Assembly: GCA_014727915.1 (NCBI GenBank)
Contig: WJMO01000009.1
Coordinates: 103,943-167,942 of the forward strand
DNA: 64,000 bases
Reading direction: 5' to 3'
Source of the DNA: Candidatus Altiarchaeales archaeon
GTDB taxonomy: Archaea > Altiarchaeota > Altiarchaeia > IMC4 > SCGC-AAA252-I15
In this document: positions 46,541-56,060 of the stretch, in pieces
How positions within the stretch are numbered: the first letter of the stretch is position 1
Layout of the letters: the number at the start of each line of letters is the position of its first letter
Notes under the pieces: generated by a model
Told to the model about the DNA's origin: nothing
What the model saw: the letters and a program-made list of their open reading frames with translations, nothing else
Databases searched by the model: none
Translations under genes and position numbers: made by a program

Positions 46541-47953
46541 ATGGGCAAGACAGTCCACCGTTCCGGCCTGCCTAAGACTCCGAGGCAGGAGGTCGATGAT
46601 TCCCTGGCTCCTAACATGATAAAAAGGCTGTCTGACGCCGGCGTCAGGGAGCTGTCAGACGATCCTTTGCCCAGCGAACTTGGCGTTAAGAGCGTCCTAT
46701 ACAAGGTCGCTGACACGTATGGCAGGCCGGGTTTCTCCGACTCAGTCTCCGACGGTTTATATGGGCTGATCGACGGCCTGAAGTCCAAGGGGCAGCTGAC
46801 CCTGGGAAAATTCAACCGCATGGTGGGGATGGCATGCGACGGCGCATCTCCGGAGCAGCTGCGTAACCGCCTGAAAAACCTTAGGTCTGCGGTCTCGGCA
46901 TCTGGGGCGGAGACGGCCATGCAACTCATGCGTTCGGACAGGATGGGAGACGCATCATATGTCAGGGGATTTAACTCGCTCATGGCGTCGGTTGCCAGGA
47001 ACTTCAGCAGGAGAGGCGTTGAACTGGAAGGTGACATGCTGGATGCCGTCGGTGTATCGGTTGCCCGGCTGGCTGGCCGGGTTCCAGCCTCAAACCAGCC
47101 TCAGGACTCGCTGGGCGACCCGGTCTACGGTGTCATACACTCTCTAGCCCAGGCCGGGCAATTGGGTGTCGGAACCTTCACAGAGTCTGTTAAAGCCGCG
47201 TTCTCACAGACTGGCCGGGAGCGGGACGCCCTTCTCGTCATGAAAAAGACCATCATGGACTTATCAGCCGCCGATAGGCCGTTGACATCCGTTAACCTGT
47301 CCCGTCCATTGCCTGTGCTGCTTGCTGAACGGGATGAGAGGCGAAGGGAGGCGGCCCTGAACACCAAAGATCTTGAATTCAGAAGGAGCAAGCTAGGACC
47401 CTGGAGGAAGGCGGTCGCAGGCCGGTCGGGCAGGGCTGTGGTGTGTGGAGAGGACTTTGCTGATGTCCAAGAGAGGGTACTCTCCGACCCCAACGCCAGG
47501 ACTGCATACGCCCTCGCGGATGTGATGCTGGACACATCTCAGCAGGTGGAGCAGACGAGCTCAGGAGACTACGGCGGCTACATATCCCACGTGCTTGGCG
47601 AGACCGTCAACTACAGGGCCCGCCCGGACTGGCTTGAGATAAGGACCCGGCGCGTCCGCGAGCTCTTCGACCAGGACGATCCAGAGCGTGAAATGCTCGT
47701 GCTGGCAAGGGCTCTTTCTGCCATCAGAGGCGAGCGTTACGGGGCTAATGCCCGTTTTGAAGAGGGTTCCACAGTGCCCTTCAATTACGTTCTGGGAGGC
47801 GACGCCGCTGCGTCTTTTGTCCCTCAGCTACGGCGGGCGGCTGTCGAGTGCGCCGGCTCAAAGAGGGAGTTCGACAATGTCAAGATCCTGGTCGGGGCTG
47901 ATGAGGCACTTCAGGAGCGGCTTGCCGAGCGCCGCCGTCAAAAGTCTTTATAA
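46541..47953 (+). CDS. Hypothetical protein (orphan, helical)
   Basis: 470 aa ORF; no recognisable motif. Confidence 0.75.
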   Translation: MGKTVHRSGLPKTPRQEVDDSLAPNMIKRLSDAGVRELSDDPLPSELGVKSVLYKVADTYGRPGFSDSVSDGLYGLIDGLKSKGQLTLGKFNRMVGMACDGASPEQLRNRLKNLRSAVSASGAETAMQLMRSDRMGDASYVRGFNSLMASVARNFSRRGVELEGDMLDAVGVSVARLAGRVPASNQPQDSLGDPVYGVIHSLAQAGQLGVGTFTESVKAAFSQTGRERDALLVMKKTIMDLSAADRPLTSVNLSRPLPVLLAERDERRREAALNTKDLEFRRSKLGPWRKAVAGRSGRAVVCGEDFADVQERVLSDPNARTAYALADVMLDTSQQVEQTSSGDYGGYISHVLGETVNYRARPDWLEIRTRRVRELFDQDDPEREMLVLARALSAIRGERYGANARFEEGSTVPFNYVLGGDAAASFVPQLRRAAVECAGSKREFDNVKILVGADEALQERLAERRRQKSL

Positions 47954-47992
47954 GCAGTTAAAACTATATTCTTATCGTGTGTGGTGATCTAA

Positions 47993-48244
47993 TTGGCCGC
48001 TAATGTCTTCACAGTGTTCCTAATGCTCGGATTCTTCTGCTTCGGGATGCTGGTGGGCGCTTTCAGCAACCGAAAGGGATGGTTCCTGATGATATCGGGG
48101 GCCTTCATCCTAATACTCATAATAATCGGGCAGATAGGCTTCATAATAATGTTCTTCTTGGGCATACTGGTCAGCTACATAATACTGGACTACATGATAA
48201 AAGTCCACAGGCGAAGGCAGAAGCGCAAGATAATCAGGATCTAA
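47993..48244 (+). CDS. Small membrane protein
   Basis: Three hydrophobic segments and a basic tail; TTG start after a GGTGA SD-like site. Confidence 0.7.
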   Translation: MAANVFTVFLMLGFFCFGMLVGAFSNRKGWFLMISGAFILILIIIGQIGFIIMFFLGILVSYIILDYMIKVHRRRQKRKIIRI

Positions 48245-48549
48245 ACGGTCTCCTCCCTTATCCACTCCTCGTATCCTCTGTTCGCCTCAGCGTCTATCCT
48301 CATGATGCATGGGGTCTCATAGGGGTGGATCCTGAGGACTTCTTCCTTTACTTTCTCCCAGTTCTCCCGTCGGGTCTTGACGATGGCAACAACTTCGCTG
48401 CCCTCCTCCACCTTCCCCCTCCACCAGTACATGGACTCTATCGGCATGAGATTGGCGCAGGCTATGAGCCTCTTCCCCAGCAGGTGCGAGGCTACCTTCT
48501 TGGCTGCTTCCATGTCCTGGTTGGTGATGTATGCTATGATGAAGGACAT
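48241..48549 (-). CDS. cutA: Divalent-cation tolerance protein CutA
   Basis: LIACANL.PIESMYWWRGKVE..E, HPYETPCI. Confidence 0.95.
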   Translation of the reverse strand: MSFIIAYITNQDMEAAKKVASHLLGKRLIACANLMPIESMYWWRGKVEEGSEVVAIVKTRRENWEKVKEEVLRIHPYETPCIMRIDAEANRGYEEWIREETV

Positions 48550-48565
48550 GTGTGAATATGGTCTT

Positions 48566-49231
48566 TCAACCTTTATAATCGCATAGCATCTCTAGGCAGC
48601 AGGTTTCACATTCCGGCCGGGTCTTGCAGGTTGTCTTCCCGTGTTCGACGATCAGCGCATGGTATTCGTTGTACAGTCGGGGGTCCTCTTCAAGGGCAGA
48701 CTCGAAGAGCAGCTTTATCTCTTCATAGCTTTCACCCCCCTCCAACAATCCCATCCGTGTGAATATCCTCCGGGTGTAGGCGTCAACCACGAAAGAGGGC
48801 TTTCCTAGGGCGTATAGGAGTATGGAATCGGAGGTCTCGGGTCCGATCCCCCAGACGCCGAGCAGCTTCTCCCTGAGATCTTCAGTATCCGCGTCAAGCA
48901 TGTCATCGACCTGACCCCCGTATTCTACTTCCACGAATCTTGCGAACTCCTTCAGCTTCCTCGCCTTCACATTGTAATATAGGGAGGGTCTTATCAGCTC
49001 TGCGAGCTTGCTCTCGTCTGTTGTGGAGATCCGCCTCACATCCACCAGGCCGCGTTCCTTAAGGTTTCCGATGGCTTTTTCGACGTTGGTCCAGCTCGTG
49101 GACTGCGTCAGTATGGCTCCGATGCAGACTTCAACGGCTGTGTCCCCCGGCCACCAGTTCTGCGGCCCGTACTCCCCGTATAGGAGCTCATAAACCCGCT
49201 TAACCCCTCCTCTTCTTCTTTTGCTGTTCAT
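48566..49231 (-). CDS. Endonuclease III-related HhH-GPD DNA glycosylase with 4Fe-4S motif
   Basis: YGPQNWWP, GAILTQ.T.W.NVEKA, LLGVWGIGPETSDSILLY, FVVDAYT, CKTRPECETCCL..LC. Confidence 0.92.
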   Translation of the reverse strand: MNSKRRRGGVKRVYELLYGEYGPQNWWPGDTAVEVCIGAILTQSTSWTNVEKAIGNLKERGLVDVRRISTTDESKLAELIRPSLYYNVKARKLKEFARFVEVEYGGQVDDMLDADTEDLREKLLGVWGIGPETSDSILLYALGKPSFVVDAYTRRIFTRMGLLEGGESYEEIKLLFESALEEDPRLYNEYHALIVEHGKTTCKTRPECETCCLEMLCDYKG

Positions 49232-50984
49232 GTTGGGCGTGTATCTTCTCCTCTACGGACGTGACGAACGAGAACTCATACCTGCTCAGTGTCTCCTCAT
49301 GCTCGACCTTCAGCAACTCCTCGATGTGCTTCTCCTTCAGTTTTTCCAGCCTGTGCATGTCCTTCAGATACCCTTCCACGATGTCCGATACCACGACCCC
49401 CGAGAGCATCCTCGGGACTATCACATAGTCGGCTCCGTAATCATATAACTCTAGAGCCTGCCTTATGTTGTCTGCTGTCACGATGACCGGGGTGTCCCTA
49501 TTCTTGAACTTGGACTCGCTTATCAGGAGCATGTTGTCCTCCTCATCGGCCACGGTCGAGATGATCAGGTCCGCTTTCTTGAGGTGCAGCTTTTCCAGAA
49601 CATCGATGTCTCCTATGTCCCCGTATATGCAGGGTAGGCCCTCCTTCAAGAGGACCTTGACCCTCTCCGGGTTGAAGTCCACTATTATGAACTCTCTGCC
49701 GGCCTTCTCCAGGGTCTTGGCTATGCTGTACCCCATCCTATGGCACCCGCATATCACGGTGTGGGTGTCCTTGGGCTCGTCTATCGTATGGTGGAGGGCC
49801 TTGTCGATGTTGGAGAACCTTTCGAACACCAGCAGCCTCTCGGATATGAGGTTGTAGAGCTGCTTGTCGTATTTGATCGTGTAGGAAGTCACGGTTATGC
49901 TGATCATGGCTATGAACGCGATTATGGAGAACACCTCATTGGATATGTGCCCTTCATAGAGTCCCTGCATGGCTATTATAAGGGAGAACTCGCTGATCTG
50001 CAGTAGCGAGATGCCTGTCAGGAAAGACACCCTCCGCCCGTATCCTCCAAGGGATGTCATGAATATTATCAGCAGCGGCTTCAGCACGACTACAAGTATG
50101 AGGAAAAGGATTGCGGGGACTATGATGGTGGCCATGTCGCTTATCCATATCTCCATCCCCAGTGACACGAAGAATATGATGGAGAAGAAGTCGCGGAGGC
50201 TCCTTACCTTCCCCACGATCTCCAGGTTGTAGGGGAAGGTCGCCAAAGCCATCCCAGCTATGAACGCGCCGATGGGGTATGAGAGCCCTGCTTCGAAGCT
50301 CATATAAGAGAATACGAAGAATATGGACAGCGCGGTAAGGAACATCAGCTCATGTGATTTTGAGATGAGCTTGAAAACGGTGGGTATCACGTACTTGCTC
50401 ATCACGACAGCGATGGAGAACAACCCGATACCCAGAACCACCGATGTCGCTATCGTGACGGATGACAGGTCGTTCAACGTGTTTAGAATGGACAATGCGA
50501 TTATGGCCATCACGTCCTGCATGAGCAGAACACCCAATATTATCCTCCCATGCAGTGTCTCCAGCTCCTTCTTGTCGGAGAGTATCTTTATGACGACCAT
50601 GGTGCTGGAGAAGGACAGCGCCAACCCGATGTAGATGGCTTCCTTGTTGGTGAAACCGATATTATACGCTATGAATGCTCCCAGCCCGAAGATGACCATC
50701 CCGTTTATCACGGCAGTGGTTGAGGCTGCGATACCCACGTCCCTCAGCCGCCTTAGATCCAGCTCCAAACCGACTATGAAAAGCAGGAATGCTATTCCCA
50801 GCTCGGAAAGGTTCCTTATGGCCTCGTGGTTGGTTATCAAACCCATCCCCACAGGGCCTATGAGCACTCCCGCGATAACGTAGGCGGGTATCATCGGCTG
50901 TCTGATGATCTTCGCCACGTGCGCTATCAGGGTCGCGAAGACGATTATCAAACCGATGTCAGAGAGTATCATGTCCTGGATCAT
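49200..50984 (-). CDS. Cation:proton antiporter (CPA2, KefB/C-like) with RCK/TrkA-N domain
   Basis: ELGIAFLLFIVGLE, FSSTMVV, GVLLMQD, QISEFS; GCHRMG...YGDIGD...GADYVIVP. Confidence 0.93.
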   Translation of the reverse strand: MIQDMILSDIGLIIVFATLIAHVAKIIRQPMIPAYVIAGVLIGPVGMGLITNHEAIRNLSELGIAFLLFIVGLELDLRRLRDVGIAASTTAVINGMVIFGLGAFIAYNIGFTNKEAIYIGLALSFSSTMVVIKILSDKKELETLHGRIILGVLLMQDVMAIIALSILNTLNDLSSVTIATSVVLGIGLFSIAVVMSKYVIPTVFKLISKSHELMFLTALSIFFVFSYMSFEAGLSYPIGAFIAGMALATFPYNLEIVGKVRSLRDFFSIIFFVSLGMEIWISDMATIIVPAILFLILVVVLKPLLIIFMTSLGGYGRRVSFLTGISLLQISEFSLIIAMQGLYEGHISNEVFSIIAFIAMISITVTSYTIKYDKQLYNLISERLLVFERFSNIDKALHHTIDEPKDTHTVICGCHRMGYSIAKTLEKAGREFIIVDFNPERVKVLLKEGLPCIYGDIGDIDVLEKLHLKKADLIISTVADEEDNMLLISESKFKNRDTPVIVTADNIRQALELYDYGADYVIVPRMLSGVVVSDIVEGYLKDMHRLEKLKEKHIEELLKVEHEETLSRYEFSFVTSVEEKIHAQHEQQKKKRRG

Positions 50985-51754
50985 TCGAACAACCTTCTGT
51001 CCCCGATGACGATGTCGTCATCCCTTAAATGATTTGGCATATCCTCTATATATCCATACCAATAGACGACCATCCCCTTCCCGAAGAGCTTCACATAATG
51101 GCTCAACTGCTTGCCATAGTCCCTCTTGTACTCGCTCTCGTCGCCGAAGCTGGCTTTGCATTCCACCCAGTTCAGCCACTTCCCCTGCATCTTGAAAGGG
51201 CTCTCCAGGTTGAAGTCCGGGGTCTTGGTGTAGTTGCCCTTCTTGGCCTCCTGCTCGGTGATGTACTTAACCCTCCGCTGGTCCAGCCATTTCTTGACTA
51301 TCCGCTCCACGTCCTTGCCCCTCTCGAACTGTATCCTCGTCCCCTCAGGCGAGTATATGAGCTCCTCCTCGATGGCCTCCTTCAGGTCTTTCTTAAGCCG
51401 CTCGTCGTTTATCCTGTCAGGGTCTCTGAGGTAGTTTTTGAACTGTTTCTTCGTGACTCCAGTGTGCTGCAGCATAAGCGACGCGGTCAGAACCGGCGGG
51501 AAGCTGTTCTCATGGGCTATCTGGAGGAATGACTTGCCGTGCATCCACTCCCCCAAAAGGCTGGGAGCCTTCTTCTTTATGGCATAGTAGTCTCGTTTGG
51601 TGCTTCGGACGGTCTTCTGCGTCAATATGACAAGCAGCAGCTCCTCGTCAAGCCCCTCCTCCTTAGCCAATCTTTTGATGTCCTGGGGGGACTTCAGTCC
51701 ATTGTATATTCTTTGGTATTCGGTGGAGTACATTTTTCCGTGAGCCAACCCCAC
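50981..51754 (-). CDS. C15orf41/CDIN1-like (TPD domain) PD-(D/E)XK nuclease
   Basis: KTPDF...NWVECKASFGD, QLSHYVKLFGKGMVVYWYGY. Confidence 0.85.
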   Translation of the reverse strand: MGLAHGKMYSTEYQRIYNGLKSPQDIKRLAKEEGLDEELLLVILTQKTVRSTKRDYYAIKKKAPSLLGEWMHGKSFLQIAHENSFPPVLTASLMLQHTGVTKKQFKNYLRDPDRINDERLKKDLKEAIEEELIYSPEGTRIQFERGKDVERIVKKWLDQRRVKYITEQEAKKGNYTKTPDFNLESPFKMQGKWLNWVECKASFGDESEYKRDYGKQLSHYVKLFGKGMVVYWYGYIEDMPNHLRDDDIVIGDRRLFE

Positions 51755-51811
51755 CCCAGAATCCTGGAATTTTCAATAATATTTAAGCGGTGTCCTTTAT
51801 AACTAAATACA

Positions 51812-52489
51812 ATGGTTGAAACGCCGGATTCCTACACTCCCTGGCTTATTAGGAAGTCTGAGCGTGAATTCATCGTTCTTGCCCTCACCTACCTGGATGA
51901 GATAACCGACCATGCGAACCTCCTGGCCGAGGAGGTAAAATGCGTCACCGGCGGGGACTTCAACGGCTGCACAGTGAGCCATGACCTGCTTAACAATAGG
52001 AGCAGGGAGGCTGTGAAGACCAGGCGCCAGCTGATACGAACACTCCAGAACGCGAGCATAACACCCGAGAACAGGGGATACCTGACTAGGATGGTCTTCT
52101 CGATAGGCGATATCTCCAGTTACATAGGCTCCGCGTCCGCTAGGCTTACCCTGAGGGAAGTGGCCTTTTCGGAGGATATGGCGAAGGGAGTAAAGGACAT
52201 GATGGACAAGACCATGCTGATGATGTCCCTGCTTAAGGAGTCCATAAGGCTGCTGACGGAGGACCTTGAGGAATCCCTCGTAAAGACGAACGAGATCGAA
52301 GACCTGGAGGAGGACATAGACGATATAAGGCGCGGGTTGCTGAAGGAGATATTGAACGACCCCGCCTACACGGACCCGGCGGTGATCCAGGTCCTGGTGG
52401 AGATAATCGGCTCCGTGGAGACCATAAGCGACAAGGTCGCTGCGGCAGCCAACAACATCGAGGCCACCGCGTTGACTCACCTGCCTTAG
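51812..52489 (+). CDS. DUF47 (PhoU-related) family protein
   Basis: Duplicated helical bundle; IEDLEEDIDDIRR...ETISDK motif. Confidence 0.75.
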   Translation: MVETPDSYTPWLIRKSEREFIVLALTYLDEITDHANLLAEEVKCVTGGDFNGCTVSHDLLNNRSREAVKTRRQLIRTLQNASITPENRGYLTRMVFSIGDISSYIGSASARLTLREVAFSEDMAKGVKDMMDKTMLMMSLLKESIRLLTEDLEESLVKTNEIEDLEEDIDDIRRGLLKEILNDPAYTDPAVIQVLVEIIGSVETISDKVAAAANNIEATALTHLP

Positions 52490-52492
52490 AAG

Positions 52493-52879
52493 ATGGAAAT
52501 AACGAAGATAGATGTGGTGCTGGTATCTGTTCTCATATTGTTGATCGGCATTGAGTTCGTCGCACGCTCCAATGAGATGTTCCACATGCAGGTCATGATC
52601 GGCGTCGTGATCGGCTTCAGCCTGGGGTTCAAGCTGAGCGCCGTCCACGGCAGCACCGTATCGCGGGAGGCCATAAGGCTCGCTTCACAGAAGGTCGAGG
52701 AAGTATCCCACCTTGAGACCGAGAAATTCAGGACTGAACGCGGGCTTGGACTGGAGCTCGAGCGGAAGGACAAGCTGATAAGAACATTGCATGACAACCT
52801 GATGGACCGGGACGAGGAAGTCAGAGACCTCGTAGTCGAACTAGAAAAACTCAGAATAAAACTGAAAGAAACAGAATAG
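52493..52879 (+). CDS. Membrane protein with C-terminal coiled coil
   Basis: Two TM segments followed by a heptad-rich tail. Confidence 0.7.
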   Translation: MEITKIDVVLVSVLILLIGIEFVARSNEMFHMQVMIGVVIGFSLGFKLSAVHGSTVSREAIRLASQKVEEVSHLETEKFRTERGLGLELERKDKLIRTLHDNLMDRDEEVRDLVVELEKLRIKLKETE

Positions 52880-52880
52880 G

Positions 52881-53084
52881 ATGGATTCTGGATCCTCCTC
52901 TAAGGGTGAATTTTATGCTGCCTTACTACAGTTTTTGTTCTTGGGTTTTGGTCTTGGATATGTTTACCTCAAGGAATACAAGAAATGGAGAAACTACTTG
53001 ATAAGGATTTACGGTGCTGGTATTGTCTGGTTGGGTCTCATAGCCTTTTCAGGATACTATTCCCCATTCGAATCAGAAGCCTAG
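52881..53084 (+). CDS. Small TM2-domain-like membrane protein
   Basis: AALLQFLFLGFGLGYVYL..YKK pattern; AT-richer than neighbours. Confidence 0.55.
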   Translation: MDSGSSSKGEFYAALLQFLFLGFGLGYVYLKEYKKWRNYLIRIYGAGIVWLGLIAFSGYYSPFESEA

Positions 53085-53088
53085 ATGT

Positions 53089-53577
53089 TCAGAGTTCGCG
53101 TATGTCCGCTTTCATCTCCTTTATGTCCAGTAACGCCACGGTCCTGACGCCTGTGAGGTACCCGCAGGTCTCCCCCGGGTTGACGACCAGGGTGTTCTCC
53201 TCTAACGTCACTTCCGGGGTGTGGGTGTGGGCCGTGACGACAACGTCGTATTTGGCCGATTTCACTATGGAATCCAGTATGCTGGGGTTGTGCCCGTGGT
53301 ATACTGCGATGTTGACTTCATCATATTGGAACTCCAGGAAATCCGACAGTTCAACGTCCAATTCCTCGAATTTCTTGTTGAGGTTGGCGAGGTCGCCTTC
53401 GTTGTTCCCGCATACCGCCCTTATCTCGCAGTCTATCTTCTTGAACGATTCCACGGTGAAGGGCGAGACTATGTCCCCCCCGTGTATGACCATGTCGACT
53501 CCGCTCTCCTTGAAGAACTCCAAAGCCTTCTCGATGGCTTCAATGTTGTCATGTGAGTCTGCCATTACGCCTATCAT
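53089..53577 (-). CDS. Metallophosphoesterase, YfcE/MJ0936 family
   Basis: DSHDN, HGGD, GNNE, YHG, HTH and NPGE motifs. Confidence 0.93.
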   Translation of the reverse strand: MIGVMADSHDNIEAIEKALEFFKESGVDMVIHGGDIVSPFTVESFKKIDCEIRAVCGNNEGDLANLNKKFEELDVELSDFLEFQYDEVNIAVYHGHNPSILDSIVKSAKYDVVVTAHTHTPEVTLEENTLVVNPGETCGYLTGVRTVALLDIKEMKADIREL

Positions 53578-53608
53578 CTTATACTATTGAATTCCTGCCT
53601 TTAAAGGT

Positions 53609-54895
53609 TTAATATGACTCGTATTTGACGTCTTCCACGGTGATGTTGTAGTAGCACCTTCTCCTTGAGGCGATCGCAGCGTATGTTGTGTTGGCCAGGT
53701 CACTGAAGACTATGGTGTTTCTCATGTGCGTGGTGTACCTTGTTCCCGGGTCTATCCTCTCATCCCTGTTAACATATACCCTCTTTATCTCCCAGACCGA
53801 AGACTGGTTCAAACCTGTGAAGTTCGCCCTGACGCCAACGGAATATGATGTGTTGGTGGTGTTCCCATGGTACTGGTCTATTATGAACGGCTTCCTTCGA
53901 ACGTCGATCCCTTGCCCGCACCAGTACCTTATCGTGTAATTGTAGCGGAGGTATCCCGTGTAGTCCGTCCCGTTGTTCTCCACCCTCACATTCGACTCTA
54001 TCCTGGCCACTTCAGTGTCGTTCGACGGTATCGTGAGGTTGAAGTCTAGGTAGTTAGCCAGCGCAAGCTGCAACGACCCGTTCACGGTCACCTTCACGTC
54101 GAACACGGACACGTTTATGTCCGCGGTGTCGATGGTGCGTGGGTGCGGGTCCGCCCCGTCATCGTACCTGTCATCGTCGGTGTTCTCGTCCGTCGGGTCC
54201 GACCCAGAAACCCTGACCTCGTGGTAGTCTGATAGCCCGTCGCCGTCGGTGTCCCTCTTGGCGGCGTTAGTCCCGTAGTTGTCCTCCACCACGTCCGCGA
54301 GCCCGTCCCCGTCCGAGTCCTCCGACACGCAACGCTGGCCCACGCAATAGAACCCCTCCTCGCAACTCCTAACCTGGTGCGTGCTCCCGTTGCAGCATTC
54401 ATAGTCCCTCGGGCAGGGTTCCCTGTTGCAGGTGTAGTTGACGCATTCGATGCCGTTTGGGCATTCCTTCCACTCGTACATCCCCAGCACACAGCATTCG
54501 TAGGGGCATGGGATGTCTGTGCATGTGAAGTTCACGCAGGCGAACCATCTCCCGCATTCTTTCACTAAGTACTCCACTCCATTGCAGCATTCGTAGGGGC
54601 ATTCCTCCAAGGCCTTCACAGTGGAAGAGGTGGTGGTCGTGGGCTCGGCATTCACTCTCTTCTTTTTGGCAGGCTTTTCCTCTTTGATGCTCTTCTCCCC
54701 TATATCGTCCTGCTTCTCGGCGGCTGCCTGGTTGTCCTTCTCCATCTGCTCTCTGAGGTATTCCTTGATGAACTCGTCCTCTGCGTCTATTATCTCCTGC
54801 TCCTCTTGGTCGGAGCCGCTCAGAAGGCACCCTGACATGCTAACTGACAGGATGAGCAGTACGGCAATCCAGCTTATGACCCCCCTAGAGTCCAC
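53609..54895 (-). CDS. Lipoprotein-like surface protein with CPYECC repeats and TSP3-like Ca-binding repeats
   Basis: SMSGCL lipobox-like motif; three CP..ECC...C...C units; DSDGDGL.D..E, DTDGDGLSD, NTDDD. Confidence 0.82.
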   Translation of the reverse strand: MDSRGVISWIAVLLILSVSMSGCLLSGSDQEEQEIIDAEDEFIKEYLREQMEKDNQAAAEKQDDIGEKSIKEEKPAKKKRVNAEPTTTTSSTVKALEECPYECCNGVEYLVKECGRWFACVNFTCTDIPCPYECCVLGMYEWKECPNGIECVNYTCNREPCPRDYECCNGSTHQVRSCEEGFYCVGQRCVSEDSDGDGLADVVEDNYGTNAAKRDTDGDGLSDYHEVRVSGSDPTDENTDDDRYDDGADPHPRTIDTADINVSVFDVKVTVNGSLQLALANYLDFNLTIPSNDTEVARIESNVRVENNGTDYTGYLRYNYTIRYWCGQGIDVRRKPFIIDQYHGNTTNTSYSVGVRANFTGLNQSSVWEIKRVYVNRDERIDPGTRYTTHMRNTIVFSDLANTTYAAIASRRRCYYNITVEDVKYESY

Positions 54896-54942
54896 GGTGA
54901 TTATATATGCTTTAAACTACTATATTATAACAGGGTGAGCCT

Positions 54943-55245
54943 ATGCCGGCGTCAGAGCGTGGAATAGACTCCAGGAAGCGGGTCCAAAAGGAAAAAGCCG
55001 AGAGACCAGACTCACTGGGCCTTCTGCACCGCACACTGGACTCTATGGTCGAGGACAAGCTCCAGGATAGGACCCACATGGACAGTCCCTTCCTCCTGCC
55101 GTCTTCGAAGGAGCGGTCACTGCACGAACACCATGCGGAAGCCAGGGAGATGACAAAGGTCATGCCTTTGATGGTGAAGGACGATCAAAGAGACAAGAAG
55201 AAGCCTCCAGGCCAGGGGGACATCAACTTGCAGACATCCGCCTAA
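54943..55245 (+). CDS. Small hypothetical protein (orphan)
   Basis: 100 aa; GGGTGA SD-like site and TATA upstream. Confidence 0.55.
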   Translation: MPASERGIDSRKRVQKEKAERPDSLGLLHRTLDSMVEDKLQDRTHMDSPFLLPSSKERSLHEHHAEAREMTKVMPLMVKDDQRDKKKPPGQGDINLQTSA

Positions 55246-55979
55246 TCGGATGACTTCCCTATCAGCTTGAAGAACGCTCCCTGAAGATTCTGAGTGTCTG
55301 TTTCCTCCAGTATCGCCTTCAAAGTGTCGCAGGCCATAACACGCCCCCTGTTTATGATGAGTATCCTGTCGCATAGCTCGGTCGCCTCGTCCAACAGGTG
55401 GGTGGACAATATGATGGTCTTCCCCCTTCCGTGAAGCTCCCTTATGACGTCCACCATCTTCCTGGCGTAGACGGGGTCCAAACCGGACGTCACCTCGTCC
55501 AACAATATGATCTGTGGGTCATGGATGAGGGTCTTGGCGATGGCGACCCGCCTCCTCTGACCCTTCGAGAGCGTCTTGACCACGTCGTCGATTTGAGGCT
55601 CCATGTCCACAGCCCTCAAAGACCTGACGACCGCCTCCCCAACGGACTCTATCCCATAGAGCTCGCCGATATACCTTAGGTGGTCCCGGACGGTCATGTC
55701 CCCGTATAGGAAGTCCTCCTCCGGCAGATACCCAGTAATCTCCTTCACCCCGATCTTGTCATCCACAGTGTCTAATCCGTTTACGGTGCAACTACCCCTG
55801 CTGGGGTCCAATACCCCGCAGACCATCCTCAACGTTGTGGTCTTCCCGGCTCCGTTCGGGCCGAGGAAACCGAAGATCTCCCCCTTGCCGACGGTGAAGT
55901 TCACATCATCCACTGCGGGCTCCTCCAAGTAGGTCTTGCCCAGCCCTTCAGCAACGACGAACGCTGACATGATACACAT
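55242..55979 (-). CDS. ABC transporter ATP-binding protein (ABC-2 type)
   Basis: GPNGAGKTT, LSKGQ, ILLDE, STH. Confidence 0.96.
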   Translation of the reverse strand: MCIMSAFVVAEGLGKTYLEEPAVDDVNFTVGKGEIFGFLGPNGAGKTTTLRMVCGVLDPSRGSCTVNGLDTVDDKIGVKEITGYLPEEDFLYGDMTVRDHLRYIGELYGIESVGEAVVRSLRAVDMEPQIDDVVKTLSKGQRRRVAIAKTLIHDPQIILLDEVTSGLDPVYARKMVDVIRELHGRGKTIILSTHLLDEATELCDRILIINRGRVMACDTLKAILEETDTQNLQGAFFKLIGKSSD

Positions 55980-56060
55980 TTAGCTTTAAACACTATAAAG
56001 CACGCACGGTTACCTCCTGGATAGTCCCGACTATATATCCCGCTATTCTGATATCTTCAC

